Positions 38,910 to 52,160 are shown, counted from the whole stretch's first letter. The stretch is DNA of 63,697 nucleotides, filler included, from Choristocarpus tenellus KU-1152 (GCA_964200185.2; 7 parts of 7 records of this genome joined end to end with filler, not necessarily neighbours in it), one strand, 5' to 3'. The notes: a model not told the origin generated them from the letters alone. Translations and numbers: made by a program.

Positions 38910-39443
38910 TCAGGACTCCCCTCTGAGCTGAGTTAAGGCGATGATGTACGCAGTTGTAGATACCAGCGTGGAAACAGTCCGTACATGATTCCACGGCAAC
39001 CAGCTTTCGATGTATTCTCGCCATTTGGGGTAGTCGTCGGATTGCTCTAGATCAAGTTCTGCCAAATTGTTATTCAGAGGTGTGTTGAACCATATAGTGA
39101 CAAAGAGGCAGCCAGTGAGGTAGACTAAACCTCCAGCCACCGCCCACACGGCGCCTGGCCGTTCTATATTTAGTCCCGCAACAATAGCAGTTGTGAGGCT
39201 GCAGAGGGCGGTGCCAAGATAAACGGCGAGGAAACATGGATTGATTCTTGTAATATTTACGGATTGCATTGCTGCACTACCGTAATTTGCTGGAAGCTTG
39301 CTGAGCGCCAGCACAATAAAGTTGGAGAAGGCGAAGAACATTCCAGACATGACACCGCTGCCAACAGCTGCTAAAAATAGCAATAATATACCGCCCCAGC
39401 CTCCCAAGAACCCTTTTCCTGTGAATCCATCGCCCTCACGCAT
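38910..39443 (-). CDS. DUF1772 / anthrone-oxygenase-like membrane protein, intronless (177 aa from ATG at 39443)
   Basis: Uninterrupted ORF with about four hydrophobic helices and family motifs GMFFAFS…AL..LP…AAMQSVN, N.PLN..LA and W..WNHVRT. Confidence 0.85.
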   Translation of the reverse strand: MREGDGFTGKGFLGGWGGILLLFLAAVGSGVMSGMFFAFSNFIVLALSKLPANYGSAAMQSVNITRINPCFLAVYLGTALCSLTTAIVAGLNIERPGAVWAVAGGLVYLTGCLFVTIWFNTPLNNNLAELDLEQSDDYPKWREYIESWLPWNHVRTVSTLVSTTAYIIALTQLRGES

Positions 39444-40022
39444 ACTCCACCCGCACAAGACCACACCTCTCCACCCCACAGGTGCTTGCCCTTTCAGTTG
39501 TACTCTGCTTCCTCTAGTTCATCTCCTAGTGGACCTTTCGTTGCCCCTTCGTGCACCCTCCCATAATCCTTTTCCACAGCCTGCTCCGCACACCTTTTGA
39601 ATGGGGGAAAGACCTCTGATCAAAATTACAAGGATGCCTGATGACTCGAACAGAACCTTGTTAACAGTTTCAGTGACTCTACTTACGGAGGAGAGACATC
39701 TCCTTTGTCAAGAATACAACAATTCCTTGGTGTTCGATAAATTGGGACATAACACGTTTGCAAAAAGATGGGGAAGATTGCCCGGTTAAAGGGTCTTAGC
39801 GTGTTAGGAGTCACTCTCCATGGTCGAAGTAGGTTTGGAAGGTATGATTACTCTGTCGTTTCACCAAGAAAAAAATCGGTTTACCAACCTTTCCAAAAAA
39901 CAGTTCAGGAGGATTTGTGATGGTTTGATGTTGAATAGTATGTAGACATCATACACCAGGTTAAGGTAACAGGTGACTGTAACCATTTCGTCGAATCCAG
40001 ATATCTCCCGGGCAATCCACGC

Positions 40023-43000
40023 ATGACTAGTGGTGAGAATAGAGTAGAGGTTTATGGGGATGGGAAAGATGAGGATGATGATCTCAGCCCATCACCTCAA
40101 GTGGTACCACCTTCGGGCAGAGGAGTGGAACTTGCCCCCACTAGTGAGCCAGGTGTCCAGGAACACCGATCACCTGACGGTACGACACCACAAGAGGATG
40201 TGAGTCGTGGTTGAGTCTAACCGTACACTCAACCATGATGGCGATACGCTTGCAGAGTGGCAGTTGTCGTTCAGTTGAACTCACCAAAGTCGTGCAGTTG
40301 AGATTGCCTCGGGACATCGTTGGTAGATAGAGGGGGGAAGAATCATCTTGAGCGCAGAACCTGGAAAATGGATTATCAGCTTCTGTGGCAACACTCTAAT
40401 CGAAAATTCAAGGCAATGCAGTAGATGAAGTGAGGAAGGGGAAATCTCGCCCATCCGGCTATCAATCCTTGGTTGAGGCTTTGGGCAAGCGCCAGTTGAG
40501 GCTGCAGAGATGGAGATGATCCAAATCCCGAGCGTTTTTTGTGACTCGATTTTCTACCTCGTCGCGCAGGGGGTCGCGACAGGGCAAATGACCCGCTGGG
40601 ATTGCTTGTTTACCAGTATGGTGCGATGGTCCAGGGATGAAAAGGGCAATCAAATAGTCAACGACTACGCTCTGCTCAAGGAGATCGGGCATGGATCATA
40701 TGGGCGCGTCTACCTTTGCGAGCGGCGTGTGGGTCAGCTACCTTATCGCAAGTTTGCAATGAAAATAATGAGCAAGCCTCGGTTGCGCAGACTCTGCGCT
40801 GGGGGGATGAGGAAGGTGACCCCAGAGGAAAAGGTGAAGTGGATGAAGAATGGTGGAGCGAGTTGCAGTAACTCCTTTGTTTCCTTAAGGGCCCTGATTG
40901 TCCAAATTTGTCTCCTGAAGAACGTTTCCCATAAGTACAATATATTATTTCCACATGCGGACCTGTAGCAAGTGTTGCAGAGTCAAAGCTTCGTGACATG
41001 AAGTGGTACTTGCCCTTGTGCCTCCAACATCCTGCCATGCAAGCCTGCAGCAATACTTGCTGGGTTGGTTAGTAGATTAGAAATCAAGATGGCCAGTGTT
41101 TTCTGGGGCAATCATCGGCAGAGATGTGGGTATGGCCAACCTCTATATGAGTTTAATCATTTTGCCTACATGTGAGAACAGTGTAATAAGAGGGGCGTAT
41201 GAGGTATGCACAACTTTAATCTCCCCATCTTGTGTTGACCTTGTTCTAAATAAGCACACCTCCCCAATCTGACAACCTTCCTTAATGCTTTGGTCCAGAT
41301 GCATGTACTGTAGCATATGAAATATCAGAGACTGTTGAATTGGTTGAAGAGGAGCAGTACCAATACATGTAGCCATCCTTGTCTCCATCCCGATTCCCCC
41401 CTCTACATCCACCCAGCCTCCGAACAAGGCTGTATCCTTCAATTGTAAAGATTTATAAATACTCTCTAACCTTAACAGACTAGATCAAATATCACTCAAA
41501 TATCACTCAATGCCCTCTCCCGCCTCTTGGACGAGAAGCCTTCATGGTTCAGAGGCAGGAGCTATACCTGAAAGCCTTACTTTCAAACACATTACCACCT
41601 CCATGAGCCCTTACACTCCTTTCTACCTGTCATGAACCTCCATTCACCTTAACCCTATTTCGTTTCCCAACAGCTCCGCAAGGAGGTCGAGGTGATGCGA
41701 CATCTCTACCACCGCAATGTGATTCTCCTCTTTGAGGTCCTAGAGGAACATGAGGGGTATCAGGGGGCAGAGGAGGGAGTCTCAGGCAACACTCGGCGGG
41801 GGGTGAGGGACAGGGTTGAGGAAGAGGGCGAGGGCCGTGTGTGCATGGTTGTGGAGTACATGGAGCGAGGTCCAACAATGAAATATGATGAGAACAGGTA
41901 CCGTTTTGTACGGCTCGACACAGGGGGAGTTTATTCTGAGGACGAGGCTAAGCCACTCCTTCGAGACCTGATTGAGGGCTTGATGTATCTCCATGGACAG
42001 GGGATAGTACACCGAGACATTAAGGTGGTGAAAACGTGGAAGATGAAAATTTCGTAATGCGAATGAAATCTGTGCATGTCTATTATCGATTTGCTGCACC
42101 ACACAGCAGTACTTATATTATAGTTGAAGTTGACATCATTGTACTCAGCCCACCCACCTTGTGATGACACACCAACTGTGGTTGAAGTGTGGGGTGAGAG
42201 GGGAGGTATTGGTGCGTTTCAAGAAGTTTCCCCTCTTGTAGTCAAAGCATATCCCTTTCTCGTTGTTGATTAGGTTGTGCTAAGATGCCTAGTTGCTGAT
42301 AGTGTAGTTGGCTTTGCACTGTTCACCATGTCCAAGAACGACTCTACCTACTTGTGTGCTTTGACTATGATTATGGCTGTGGGACTGTTTTCATATAGGA
42401 TAACCTGATGTTGACACATGCAGATTCGCTGCTTACTGTAGCAGTGTTGGGGAGCAACTCCTTCTCAACAGATGGTATTCGAGACAATGGTTTCTCGGAA
42501 TAATCTGTATCATTCCACATCTCATTGGTGATCTATCTTGAGGACTGAATACTTATGTCATGGGAGAGTTCAGTGGTTGGTCATGGGAATGTATTTATTG
42601 CAGCTGTTCCAATAGTTGAAACTCCTGTTTGCCACTCAGTTTGCAGAGATGATGCACATCTGTTGAAGGTGGGTTCTGTGTTGGGTTTTATTGTGTGGCT
42701 TGTTATCTCTCTGCTGATAAGGCAAGAAGTCCTGGTACTTTGGTGCTTCTTAGCACAGTAGTGAGTTGGTGTGGGGCTGTGAGAAAGGAGCATTCTGCAT
42801 CTTTCCGGTATTGTTGGATACAATTTGGTGTGAGGGTTATGCTTGTTTTCTAGAGTACTATTTAAACAGTCTAACCCTATTAGTTTGTTGGAGTAAGGTG
42901 GGGAGGAAGTTACAGAGAGCTCATACCTTGGATGCTTTGCATGTGGAGTTGAGTGAGTGAGTGTAAGAATCGGAGTCTGTTCTAGTACTGTGGGAACAAG

Positions 43001-43634
43001 CGAGCCTTGTGCCTCCTTTTATCTTTTAAGAGTGCCTACCCTTTTGGGCATGCAACGCGGTAAGAATTCTCAATGTACTATCCTACTTCAATTCCAACAC
43101 GACTGTTTAATTCACCCGCTCACTTTACCCCTTCCCTCGGTGTGTACATGCTCCCACCCTCTTGTCTCTTTGTTGTTTTAAAAGCCGGAAAACCTTCTCA
43201 TTTTTGAGAATGGGACACTACGTATCTGCGACTTTGGATGCGCACAATATCTAAACCCACCTGGTGCTAATATTGAGCAGGGGCTCACGGACTCTGCTGG
43301 GACCCTTGCATTCCACTCCCCAGAGGCTGTGGCAGGGAATGGCGAGCCCTACTCTGGCATCAAGGCTGACACTTGGGCAGCAGCTGTTACACTGTACTGC
43401 TGGATTTTTGGTGACCTTCCCTTCAATGACCCCTCCCCAGAGCCAATGTTTGAGCAGATTCGGGCAGGGGAACCAGATCTTGGTGAGGTTGTGACCTCAG
43501 AGTTGAAGGCATTGCTTTCTGGAATGTTCCGAAAAGATCGCGCTCAAAGGTTGGACCTCAGGCAGACCTTGGAACACCCATGGATGGAGGGAGTTCCAGA
43601 CCCTCCCCCCGCCGCGGGATTTAAGGGTGTGTGA
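40023..43634 (+). CDS. CaMKK/GRIK(SnAK)-like Ser/Thr protein kinase
   Basis: Exons: 40023-40199 (tentative), 40570-40833 (GNQIVNDY…IGHGSYGRV…FAMK), 41674-42024 (KEVEVM…HRDIK), 43185-43634 (PENLL…DFG…GTLAFHSPE…DTWA…HPW, stop). All introns are phase-0 GT-AG and all catalytic motifs are present. Confidence 0.9.
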
Positions 43635-46096
43635 GTGGGTAGAGCTGTCTTAGTTTTCGGGCGTTTGTGAAGACTTCTTTTTTGCAGGAATTGTACGAAG
43701 GGGGTGACTGACCACGATAATGTTGTGAGAGAGGGGGCTAAGCAGGTGAAGACTATTTTTTTTGTTGTTTTAGTATGTGCACCGTGGGTGGGATCTTCTG
43801 TCTGTGGGGGATCTCGGAGAAGCACGAGAGCTTGCATTTGATTGGAGGCTTGTGGCGTGGTTTTGGCTCCTAAAACTCTGTTAAAAGTTCTCCCAACAGT
43901 TCAGCAGTGTGCTAGGAACTGAGAAGAATATTTTTTTGTGCAGGTGGTGCACATGTATGCCAGGGAATGATAAAAACCACAACCAACTTTGTGTATGTGC
44001 AGGCGTTTCATGTGACGAACCCATCAGTGGTTTCCGATAAGTGGAGTTTGCTGTGTGTCCCAGGTGCTGATTATCTGGTCTGACAGATCCTGTTGGGTTG
44101 GTTTTTCCCAAATGTGTGTAATCTTGCATTCGTTTTGAAGTATGCTATGTGGAGAAGGTGTTATCTTCTACCACCCAGCTACTATTGAACAAACAATCGT
44201 GGGGTTTGCTTGTGCTATTCCCTGCTGCTGTATGATGTAGTAGATGCATGTTTCCTCTTTTCTTTTCAGTACTGAAATTTATGTTTTGATGCCCCTTCGG
44301 CAGCAGGAAGTTGTACCTCAAAGGGGTTGGAGCAAGGGGATCGATCACCTTGAACAAGAACAGGCAGTGTGTGTGCGTATCAAAGGTGGAAGGCTACCTC
44401 CTAGTGCACACATTAGGATATTACAACGTTGGTTAAAGAACAATTGCATGTACTCTATGCTTTTGAAGCGAGGCAAATGCCTTGAATCTGTCAGCTCTAC
44501 TTGTATCAGTTCGGTTTTTGTAGCGGAGGGAAGCACCATTGACCCTTGTAATGACCAGCAAGGCATTGCATTGTCTCAATCTATCCACGATGATGTGCTT
44601 TTTATTACACCCATAACTTGAAATGTCACTGGTGGCAGGGTTAGAAAACAGATGGGGTGGGTTTGATGTATTCCGAGTATGAGAGTATGTTGGTGTTAGA
44701 ATTGATACACATAAGTGAGGGTAGGATGACTGACAGTGGCAGAAGGGAATGCTGTTCACCTTGAATTTTTTTACACACATCCCATAACATGCACATCACG
44801 ATTACATTGGTCTAGGATACTATTAATACACCAAGTACTACTCACAGTGACCTACAGAGAAGCAAAATCTTTGTTTGAATGAATCAGGGAGAAAAAAATA
44901 GCCGTGACACACATACTCCTCCTGCACTACACCCTCCCTATATACTGACGATTTCTTGATACACTATTACGAACAACAAAGTAATTGTACTGTTGACTCT
45001 CATACATGCCTGTAAAATGTGCTACCTGAACCGTCATAAGAACCTCCTGATTGAGAAGTAAAGTAGCATTAGCTTGTGACTGGTAATCTACATCGGTGTG
45101 TGGTGACAGAACAGTTGAAGTAGTTGAAGAGGTCAATTGAGGTGATGCTTGATATTTATACAACATTCTTGTTCAGCCCTTGCAGGGGTTGAAACCGATC
45201 CTGCAATATGGTTGGTTGCTTGAGGTAACTCACCTTTCCGCAAATAGATAGATCCATGAGGTCCAGAGCAGTACCTGTTGCTAATCGAGAAGGGGAAATG
45301 GCGGAGGAAGAGATTGGTGTTGGTGTGGTTGGGGGCAAGGGTGCTACAGACAATGACAAACTAACTTTTCAAAGAAAGCACAAAAAAAAAAATGGAACTC
45401 CAAAATATTCATTAAAAAAAGGTACTCAACACATTTCTGAGCTGGTACACAAAAAACTGAGCATGAACTGACAATTTTTTTTTCTGCTTTGCACAAATGC
45501 TCTATTCCTCTGGGATATTGCCCATGTATTGTTATTGGCAGAGCTTTGAGCATTTTGATGGAAGGCGTGGAGTAGATGCGCTCACCACAGGGTATGCAAG
45601 CCCACTCTGTCCAGGGAGGACAATGAGTAAGACTTCACAAACGAATCGTAACTACAAGGCACATTCCACATAGGTAATCTTCCTGCTTGCCAATGTCACA
45701 CAGAGCAAAAATTCACACCCACACTCAAGTAGCATAACACTCCATCCCCACTGCCGACCCTTCCTGATTGACTCCACCCAACACAGGCAGGCCACACCAA
45801 CCACCAGCAAGAAAAGATAACGGCTCTCTACACAGTAGAGAGCTAGTTGGACACTTGCTCTACGGTAATTACTTCAAAACTAACAATTCGAAAGAGTTGG
45901 GTGATATGCATCCATTCGCTATAACAGCACAATTCACAGGGCTTGAACACAAAGCAACACGTGCATACAGAATTCGTCTGGATACCACACTACAGCTCAA
46001 CAGTAGGCTGAGATACGGACAAGGAAGAGCAAAGTCTTCTAGAACACTTGTCCTCCCCCCTCCCCCCTCCCCCCCCCCTCCCCCTCTTCCCGGTTC

Positions 46097-46500
46097 TCAG
46101 AGCAGCGACATCCACACCGGCTCTCCCTGGGCCCATGCCTGCTCTGCAGCCTGTTCACAAAGGGTCTGGACTTGAGATCGCTTGCAGTCTTCAGTGGTGG
46201 CTACAATCTCTACCTTACCCGAGCATGGAGCCACCCTGCGCACCGATTGGACCGATATGCCTACTCCCTCTGCAAGAGAAACAACAGAAGGCAGGACCCC
46301 GGCACTGTCCTCTGCTGGAACCCTGACATAAAACCTTGCAGAAAAGTCAGACTCCAGTCGCCACTCCTGAGACAGGGGGAATGGGCGACTGCACAGTCCC
46401 TGGGCCATGCGTACCACATCATTGACCACAGAGTTGGCTGTGGGGTAACGACCAGCTCCGGGGCCAGTGTAGACGCTCTCAGCTACGCACACCAAAAACC

Positions 46501-46565
<65 letters not shown>

Positions 46566-49500
46566 AGGCGATGTGTTGGATGCAATAGAAGAGAGCGGTG
46601 GAGTCAGCAAGATGTTGTGGGTGCTGGGGATGAGATCAACGCAATGATGAATGTACATTCACTGTTCGCTGCTAACGCTCCAAAGGAGAATGCTATGCTT
46701 ACAAAGAAATGACTGTTATCTTCAGCTACAGTTCTTATTCCTCTTCTACATAAGCAATCCAAATATTTCCCCCAAAGGACACATGCAAACGCTGTGAGGC
46801 AAATTTTGTGTAAAAACCTCACTGCAGGACACCCTGATCCCAGGCTATCTTGATCATTCAGAAACGAGCAAGAGATCCCTACCAAAACACAAAAGGGTAA
46901 CGGGCCTACACTGAATACCTGGAAGACAAAAGCTAGGAGACAACAATGGGTTGTAAATCCCTCAACCCTTCCGCTGAGAGTTGAACACACACCTGAAACA
47001 GCTACAGCCTCTGCTTGAGGGTTCATGAAGCAAGCATCGAGAGGGGGTGATTACTCACTCAAGTTCTTCGATCCCACCACCACAATGTTGCCAGGTCCGC
47101 GAGCAGATGCTAGAGGGCTCCCCAATGGCACAACAACAGGAGACACGTACACAGCCAGACGATCCCTACCATCTCCCAAGGTAGTAGCTGTTCCCACCAG
47201 CTTGATAGTGCAGTCCATCATCTGGAGCCCGTACCGAAGGTTGATGGGTGAGACATGTGGGAGGTGGAGGCAGGGTCCAGGTTGGGGTCTTCTGACGGGA
47301 GTTGTTGAAGTGATCACTGCCACCACCAAGACCTCTCTGGATTGAACAGCTCATTCTGCAACTGTGCTTCATTTACCATGCGACACATCCCTGACTTGAT
47401 TAATATCTTGTCCATTTACAGATCTTGCAACAAAGCTAGTCAAACTTGCTGCTGTTCTATCTGAGCGTTTTGAGATGTGAGAGTGGAATATACATCAAAA
47501 TATAGAGCGCGCACACACTATGATAGTACTTCGAACGCAATCAAACAAATATCTGTTAAATTTTCTGCTCCAACAAGCGGTAAGAGAGCGCTAGATCTCC
47601 TTGAAAAAAAGGAGGTGAGGTTGGGGGGAAAAGGAGATAAAATATGGCAGACCTTGCAATGTAACATTACAAACAGCTGGATAGATCCGGTGCCTTTTGG
47701 TATTTCTTCGAATTTTGACAACCATAGGGTACGCAATTTCTACAGAAATATGATTCGTTCCATGTCACCATTCAGTGCCAAGCACCTAACAACACCCAAG
47801 TCGCTGAGAGGGAGTTCCTCCCTGATAGCCCCATACCCCGTCTCATGTACATTAGACATTCAGAGACTGCACAGAAAAGGAGTTTGTGGCATTGGCTGTG
47901 GACTAAAAGGTCAAAATGGGTTGTATTTGCATACAACCCACCTCACATAGATTTCCACCCCTTTTCAACTCTCTTCGTGCCTTGTGCACACTTTTCCCTT
48001 GGCGTGTCCCTACCAACTTCTATGCTCTCCCCTTCCTACAACACCCCCAATTATCCCATTCAATACCATCCCTATTTGAGTGGAAGCATCTTAGAGGGTA
48101 CGAGTTTTGCCCTGTTTTGTCCATTTGGGGCTTGGCTTTCAGTGTATTTTCTTTATGACACTTTTTCCACTCCAAAATGTTTTCAAAGCAGGTAAAATGT
48201 GTATGTTATGAAAAGGTGTGTCTGGAACAAGGATACTGACACTTCCTAACAAACACGATAGCCAAAATTACATCAAAATTGCAACATTGGATTTTGGCCC
48301 CCTAATGGACGCGTCCCTACCCTCTAAGATACTTTGGCTCCTTTCAGATATGGTATCTTGATTTGAAACTGCAGTACCTATACAAGTAACAGCTGACATG
48401 CTAATTAGTCCGTAAGAAAATCACCTTGGCGCAAGTAAAGTCGGCACTTGTGAGCTTTGAGATACCAGCACATGGCACACTCTCCACAGGAACATTCTGC
48501 CCAAAGGCCAACTTGGCCAACAATGCAATCTTTGCCTGTACATCAAATCCTTCCACATCTGCAGTGGGGTCCGCTGAGAGAGCAATGAGGTACAAGAGGC
48601 AAGGGGGAGGGGGTGAGGGAATGGGCCAATGTTGATAGTGTGCATAGGCATGCAAAGGCAACAACATACATCAACATGAATTTCAGGGAAAGGGCACCAG
48701 TGGATCCAGTAATGCCGAGAGACAGGGGTGGGGTGCATGATGGGGTGGAGGCATGCAAGGAAGCAAGGGAGACTACAATGCCAAGCTTACCCTCAGCAAA
48801 GCCCAGGTCCTGAGCTTCCTTTAGCACAGTCCCATAGTCAGCTCCCTCCAGCTCCATCTTTGTGAGCATGAAGTTGGTTGTCCCATTCATGATACCCATC
48901 ACAGAGGAGATCTCGTCCCCAACATAGCTGTGCTGCATGTTGTGGATGATGGGGATGCCTGAACCAAAGAGAGGGTTAAAAGGTGTTAGCCTCAGCTGTC
49001 TTACTGCTGTTGACTGGACGTCAAACCAGGGGTGGTGAGAGGGTGGATGGGTGGGTGGGACCAAGGTACTTCTGCACAACAGTGTGACCTCTTCCATTTG
49101 CTGAGGTCTGACAATTAAATGAGAGCTAGAGGCTGAACCATCTCACAGCACGACTTAATGTATGTTCCATCAATGGAGCACTGTAGGGAGAGGAGAGGGG
49201 GGGGTATGCAGATTCAATGAGGAAGGGCATTCTCACCTCCACACACAGCTGCTTCATACCCAAGAAGAACACCAGGAGTATTCTCAACAAGCTCCATTAC
49301 CTTTGCCAGGAATCAAGTAATAGTTTTATGCAGGGAGAGGTGGTGCATGAGGGAACAAAAAGTTGGGGTTGAAACATCATGTAGAGGTAGACAAAACGCT
49401 AGCCTACATGACCTAGATCACTGATCTCTTGGCAGATAAAGTGGGATAAGGGCCAAGGTGTTCTTGCAATATACCACTGTATGCTTGTTGCTGCACAAGT

Positions 49501-50943
49501 CAGTTTGTCCTGGCTCTTTCCATTCCTTCTTGTTCTACGGTGGGGAAAGCAGGGAGGAGGGGTCAACAAATGGAAGCCAGGTAATATCAATTCCGACGCC
49601 ACCAACAGAATCACTTCTTGAGCATGACTGGCGATATGCCATATTTTCTGGGAGACCAAACTCTACCTGCTAATCAATGCTAGAACTGCAGGTCAAGAAT
49701 ATAATCTCAATTCCTTCTTGTTTGAGTACCAATAACTCCAAAGCGATTGGAAGGGTCTATGTAGGTGCAGAGCTATGTTATGAGTTGTGGCACATTGTCT
49801 GATAATATTCCAGACGAGCAGCATTTCATTGGCACTTTCTGGGTTGACTGCACTTTTTGTATTGGAAGAGGGTATTGGGAATTACTTGGCAGGCATGAGA
49901 GGGACTCACCTCGGGAAGGAACTGTGCTAGCAGGGCCTTGTTGGCAGTCACGACATGCTTCCCAGCCTGAAGGGCACGGAAAACCACATCCTTGGCATGG
50001 GTCACTCCCCCGATCAACTCTACAACGCAGTTGATATTATCATCCTCCAGAATCTCTACGCCACCACATCACACATGGAGTAGACGATCGGGTCAGGAGA
50101 AGGTTTGGAGGTAGATTTGCGCGATATGTAGGAAGGTGAGGGACAATGGCTTAAATATGACTTGAAAGTCGGCTATTCACAACAGCGTCCATTGGTCTCA
50201 TTGCATGAATGAAGGGGGGGGGCAAAGAGGAGGTAATGGGATGACCAAACCTGATCTACAATAGTTCGTACTCTGTCTTCAACTCACAACACCAAAATGA
50301 GCATGCTATACCTGCTTTGGAAAGGTTGCACCTATGACTAACCTTTCGTTCCCAACCACTACAATACTGAAATCCCCAACAAGGAAATATATTATTATCA
50401 ATATCGCGAATAGGTGCCTCGTAGAGAGCGACAGAGACTCACCATTAAAGTCCGTGACCAGCATCGTGTGCTCGCCAATCGTGAATGAACGTTCCTTATC
50501 CAAGTTTCTCACACATATCTGGGGAGGGTTATATCGAACAGGGTGAGGATTGTTGGTTTCCGTATTGTTGGTTATACAGGGCAGGTGGTGTTGCCTAAGA
50601 TGTCGTCCATGTTATGAATAGTGCAATATACTGAAGATGTGGATCTGCCACTTACAGAAAACGTCTAGCATATTTACCTTCGAGATTGTAGCGTCCACTC
50701 CCAAGGACTGGAAGAAGGCCTTCTTGGTCTGCTCGACTATTTCGTACACCCCTGCGTCGGCAAGAGAAGGAAAAGATATGTGGATTGTTGTTTTGACGCT
50801 ATCACATCGTAAAACTTCTTGACTACCCAAAAGCAACCCAAGTAGCCAACAAGCCTGCAAGTTCATTTGCGTTCCCAGCGATACCCACACACACCTCCAC
50901 CGACGGTGCCACCCCCAAACATGCCGATGTTTAGCGCAACCAT
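46097..50943 (-). CDS. hom: Homoserine dehydrogenase, monofunctional, with C-terminal ACT-like domain (424 aa, 9 exons)
   Basis: Exons 50943-50895, 50751-50678, 50518-50443, 50055-49910, 49300-49237, 48958-48791, 48573-48425, 47221-47059 and 46482-46097 sum to 1275 nt in frame. Motifs: GGGTVGGG, VVELIGG, GKHVVTANK, YEAAVCGGIP, GIMNGTTNFML, AQDLGFAEADPTADVEGFD, GPGAGRYPTANSV. Confidence 0.95.
46507..46565. repeat. (TA)n(GA)n microsatellite in the last HSD intron
   Basis: Read directly. Confidence 0.95.
48078..48340 (+). mobile_element. MITE family 2, full-length (~263 bp), in an HSD intron
   Basis: TIRs GAGTGGAAGCATCTTAGAGGGTA and TACCCTCTAAGATACTTTGGCTC; flanks ATTT and CTTT. Confidence 0.85.
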
Positions 50944-51194
50944 GGTCCTACTGTTTGTATGTTGAATGGGTGTTGGTGTTTTTGGGGTTATTTGCAATTA
51001 GGGGTGTAGATATCAACGTGATAGAACTCTGGAGCGCGCTTGGGCAGCGGCAACGTGGCTCTGGGCGTTGTCTACCAATCAGTTCGCTTTTTCATCGTCA
51101 TGAAATGTTTTGTTTTGCTCACGAATTCTATATTATTATTTTATTCTATGTTCGCATTCCACCTATTCCCCCTCCTCCCTATTGTCCCACTACT

Positions 51195-51578
51195 TTGGCC
51201 AACCAGTGCGAACCCCTTCACCACTGATTTTCAGTCACCTCCTCCCCCTGCGATGACCAAACAATGTGAACCCCTTTCGCAATTGATTTCCAGTAACCGC
51301 TCACCCCTGATGACCAACCATTGCGAACCCCCTTCTACACTGATTTCCAGTCACCCCCCACATCTGATGACCAACCAGTGTGACCCCTCCGCCACTGATT
51401 TCCACTCACCCCTCCTTTTCGATGACCAACCAGTGTGAACCCCCTTCGACACTGATTTCCACTCACCCCTCCTTTTCGATGACCAACCAGTGTGAACCCC
51501 CTTCGACACTGATTTCTAGTCACCTCCACATTTGATGGCCAACCAGTGTGACCCCTTCACCACTGATTTCCAGTCAAC
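51195..51578. repeat. ~56-57-bp minisatellite x ~7, about 250 bp upstream of the HSD start, running into the gap
   Basis: Unit GATGACCAACCAGTGTGAACCCCCTTCGACACTGATTTCCACTCACCCCTCCTTTTC with variants. Confidence 0.9.
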
Positions 51579-51678
51579 NNNNNNNNNNNNNNNNNNNNNN
51601 NNNNNNNNNNNNNNNNNNNNNNTTAATTAATTAANNNNNNNNNNNNNNNNNNNNNNNNNNNNNNNNNNNNNNNNNNNN
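51579..51678. other. Artificial contig spacer 4
   Basis: 44 N + TTAATTAATTAA + 44 N. Confidence 0.98.
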
Positions 51679-52160
51679 ACCTCCTCAATTGCCTCCATGA
51701 TCCCCCCCTTGGTGTATGACTTTGCCCCATCCTGCTGCACGAAGATGGTGTTTCCTTCCGGCCGAGGCATTCAGACCTTGATTGCCAGGATGATATCCTC
51801 GATCATGAGCTCATTGTACATCTCCCCGTCCACCGTGACTGGCACAAGCACTGTGGTGCCCTTGGGGCAGTGTTTGCTGGAGCGCTGAGTGACCTTAGTG
51901 TCCATGATTAGACAGATCCCTATTTTCCCATTGAACTACACCCTGTCAGAGAGCTTCCTAGGGTGCACCAAAGCTTCAAGGGACATCACCTTCATAATAT
52001 AATGCCTATTCTGTGCACGTGGAGGTTTTGGAATCCTCAGTGGGGTGCAGGTACACACCTTGCCCATCTTTAACGATGTAAAGCCACTTCTCGTCCACAT
52101 GCACCCAGTCACATAGAATTTCCACTAATATCCCACTTCCCACCCCTCTGTGGTTGTAGC
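51679..52160 (-). pseudogene. Mariner-like (plant/oomycete DD39D-type) transposase remnant
   Basis: Minus strand reads DWVHVDEKWLY…IMKVM…FNGKIG…QRSSKHCPKGT…IFVQQDGAK, with stops. Confidence 0.8.

Noticed and set aside
45156-45359. Short minus-strand ORF with a good GTGAGT donor
   Set aside because: No partner exons or recognisable domain.
51195-51578. Possible CRISPR-like array (also 60730-60877 and 16070-16228)
   Set aside because: The units are head-to-tail with no unique spacers, there are no cas genes, and the context is eukaryotic.
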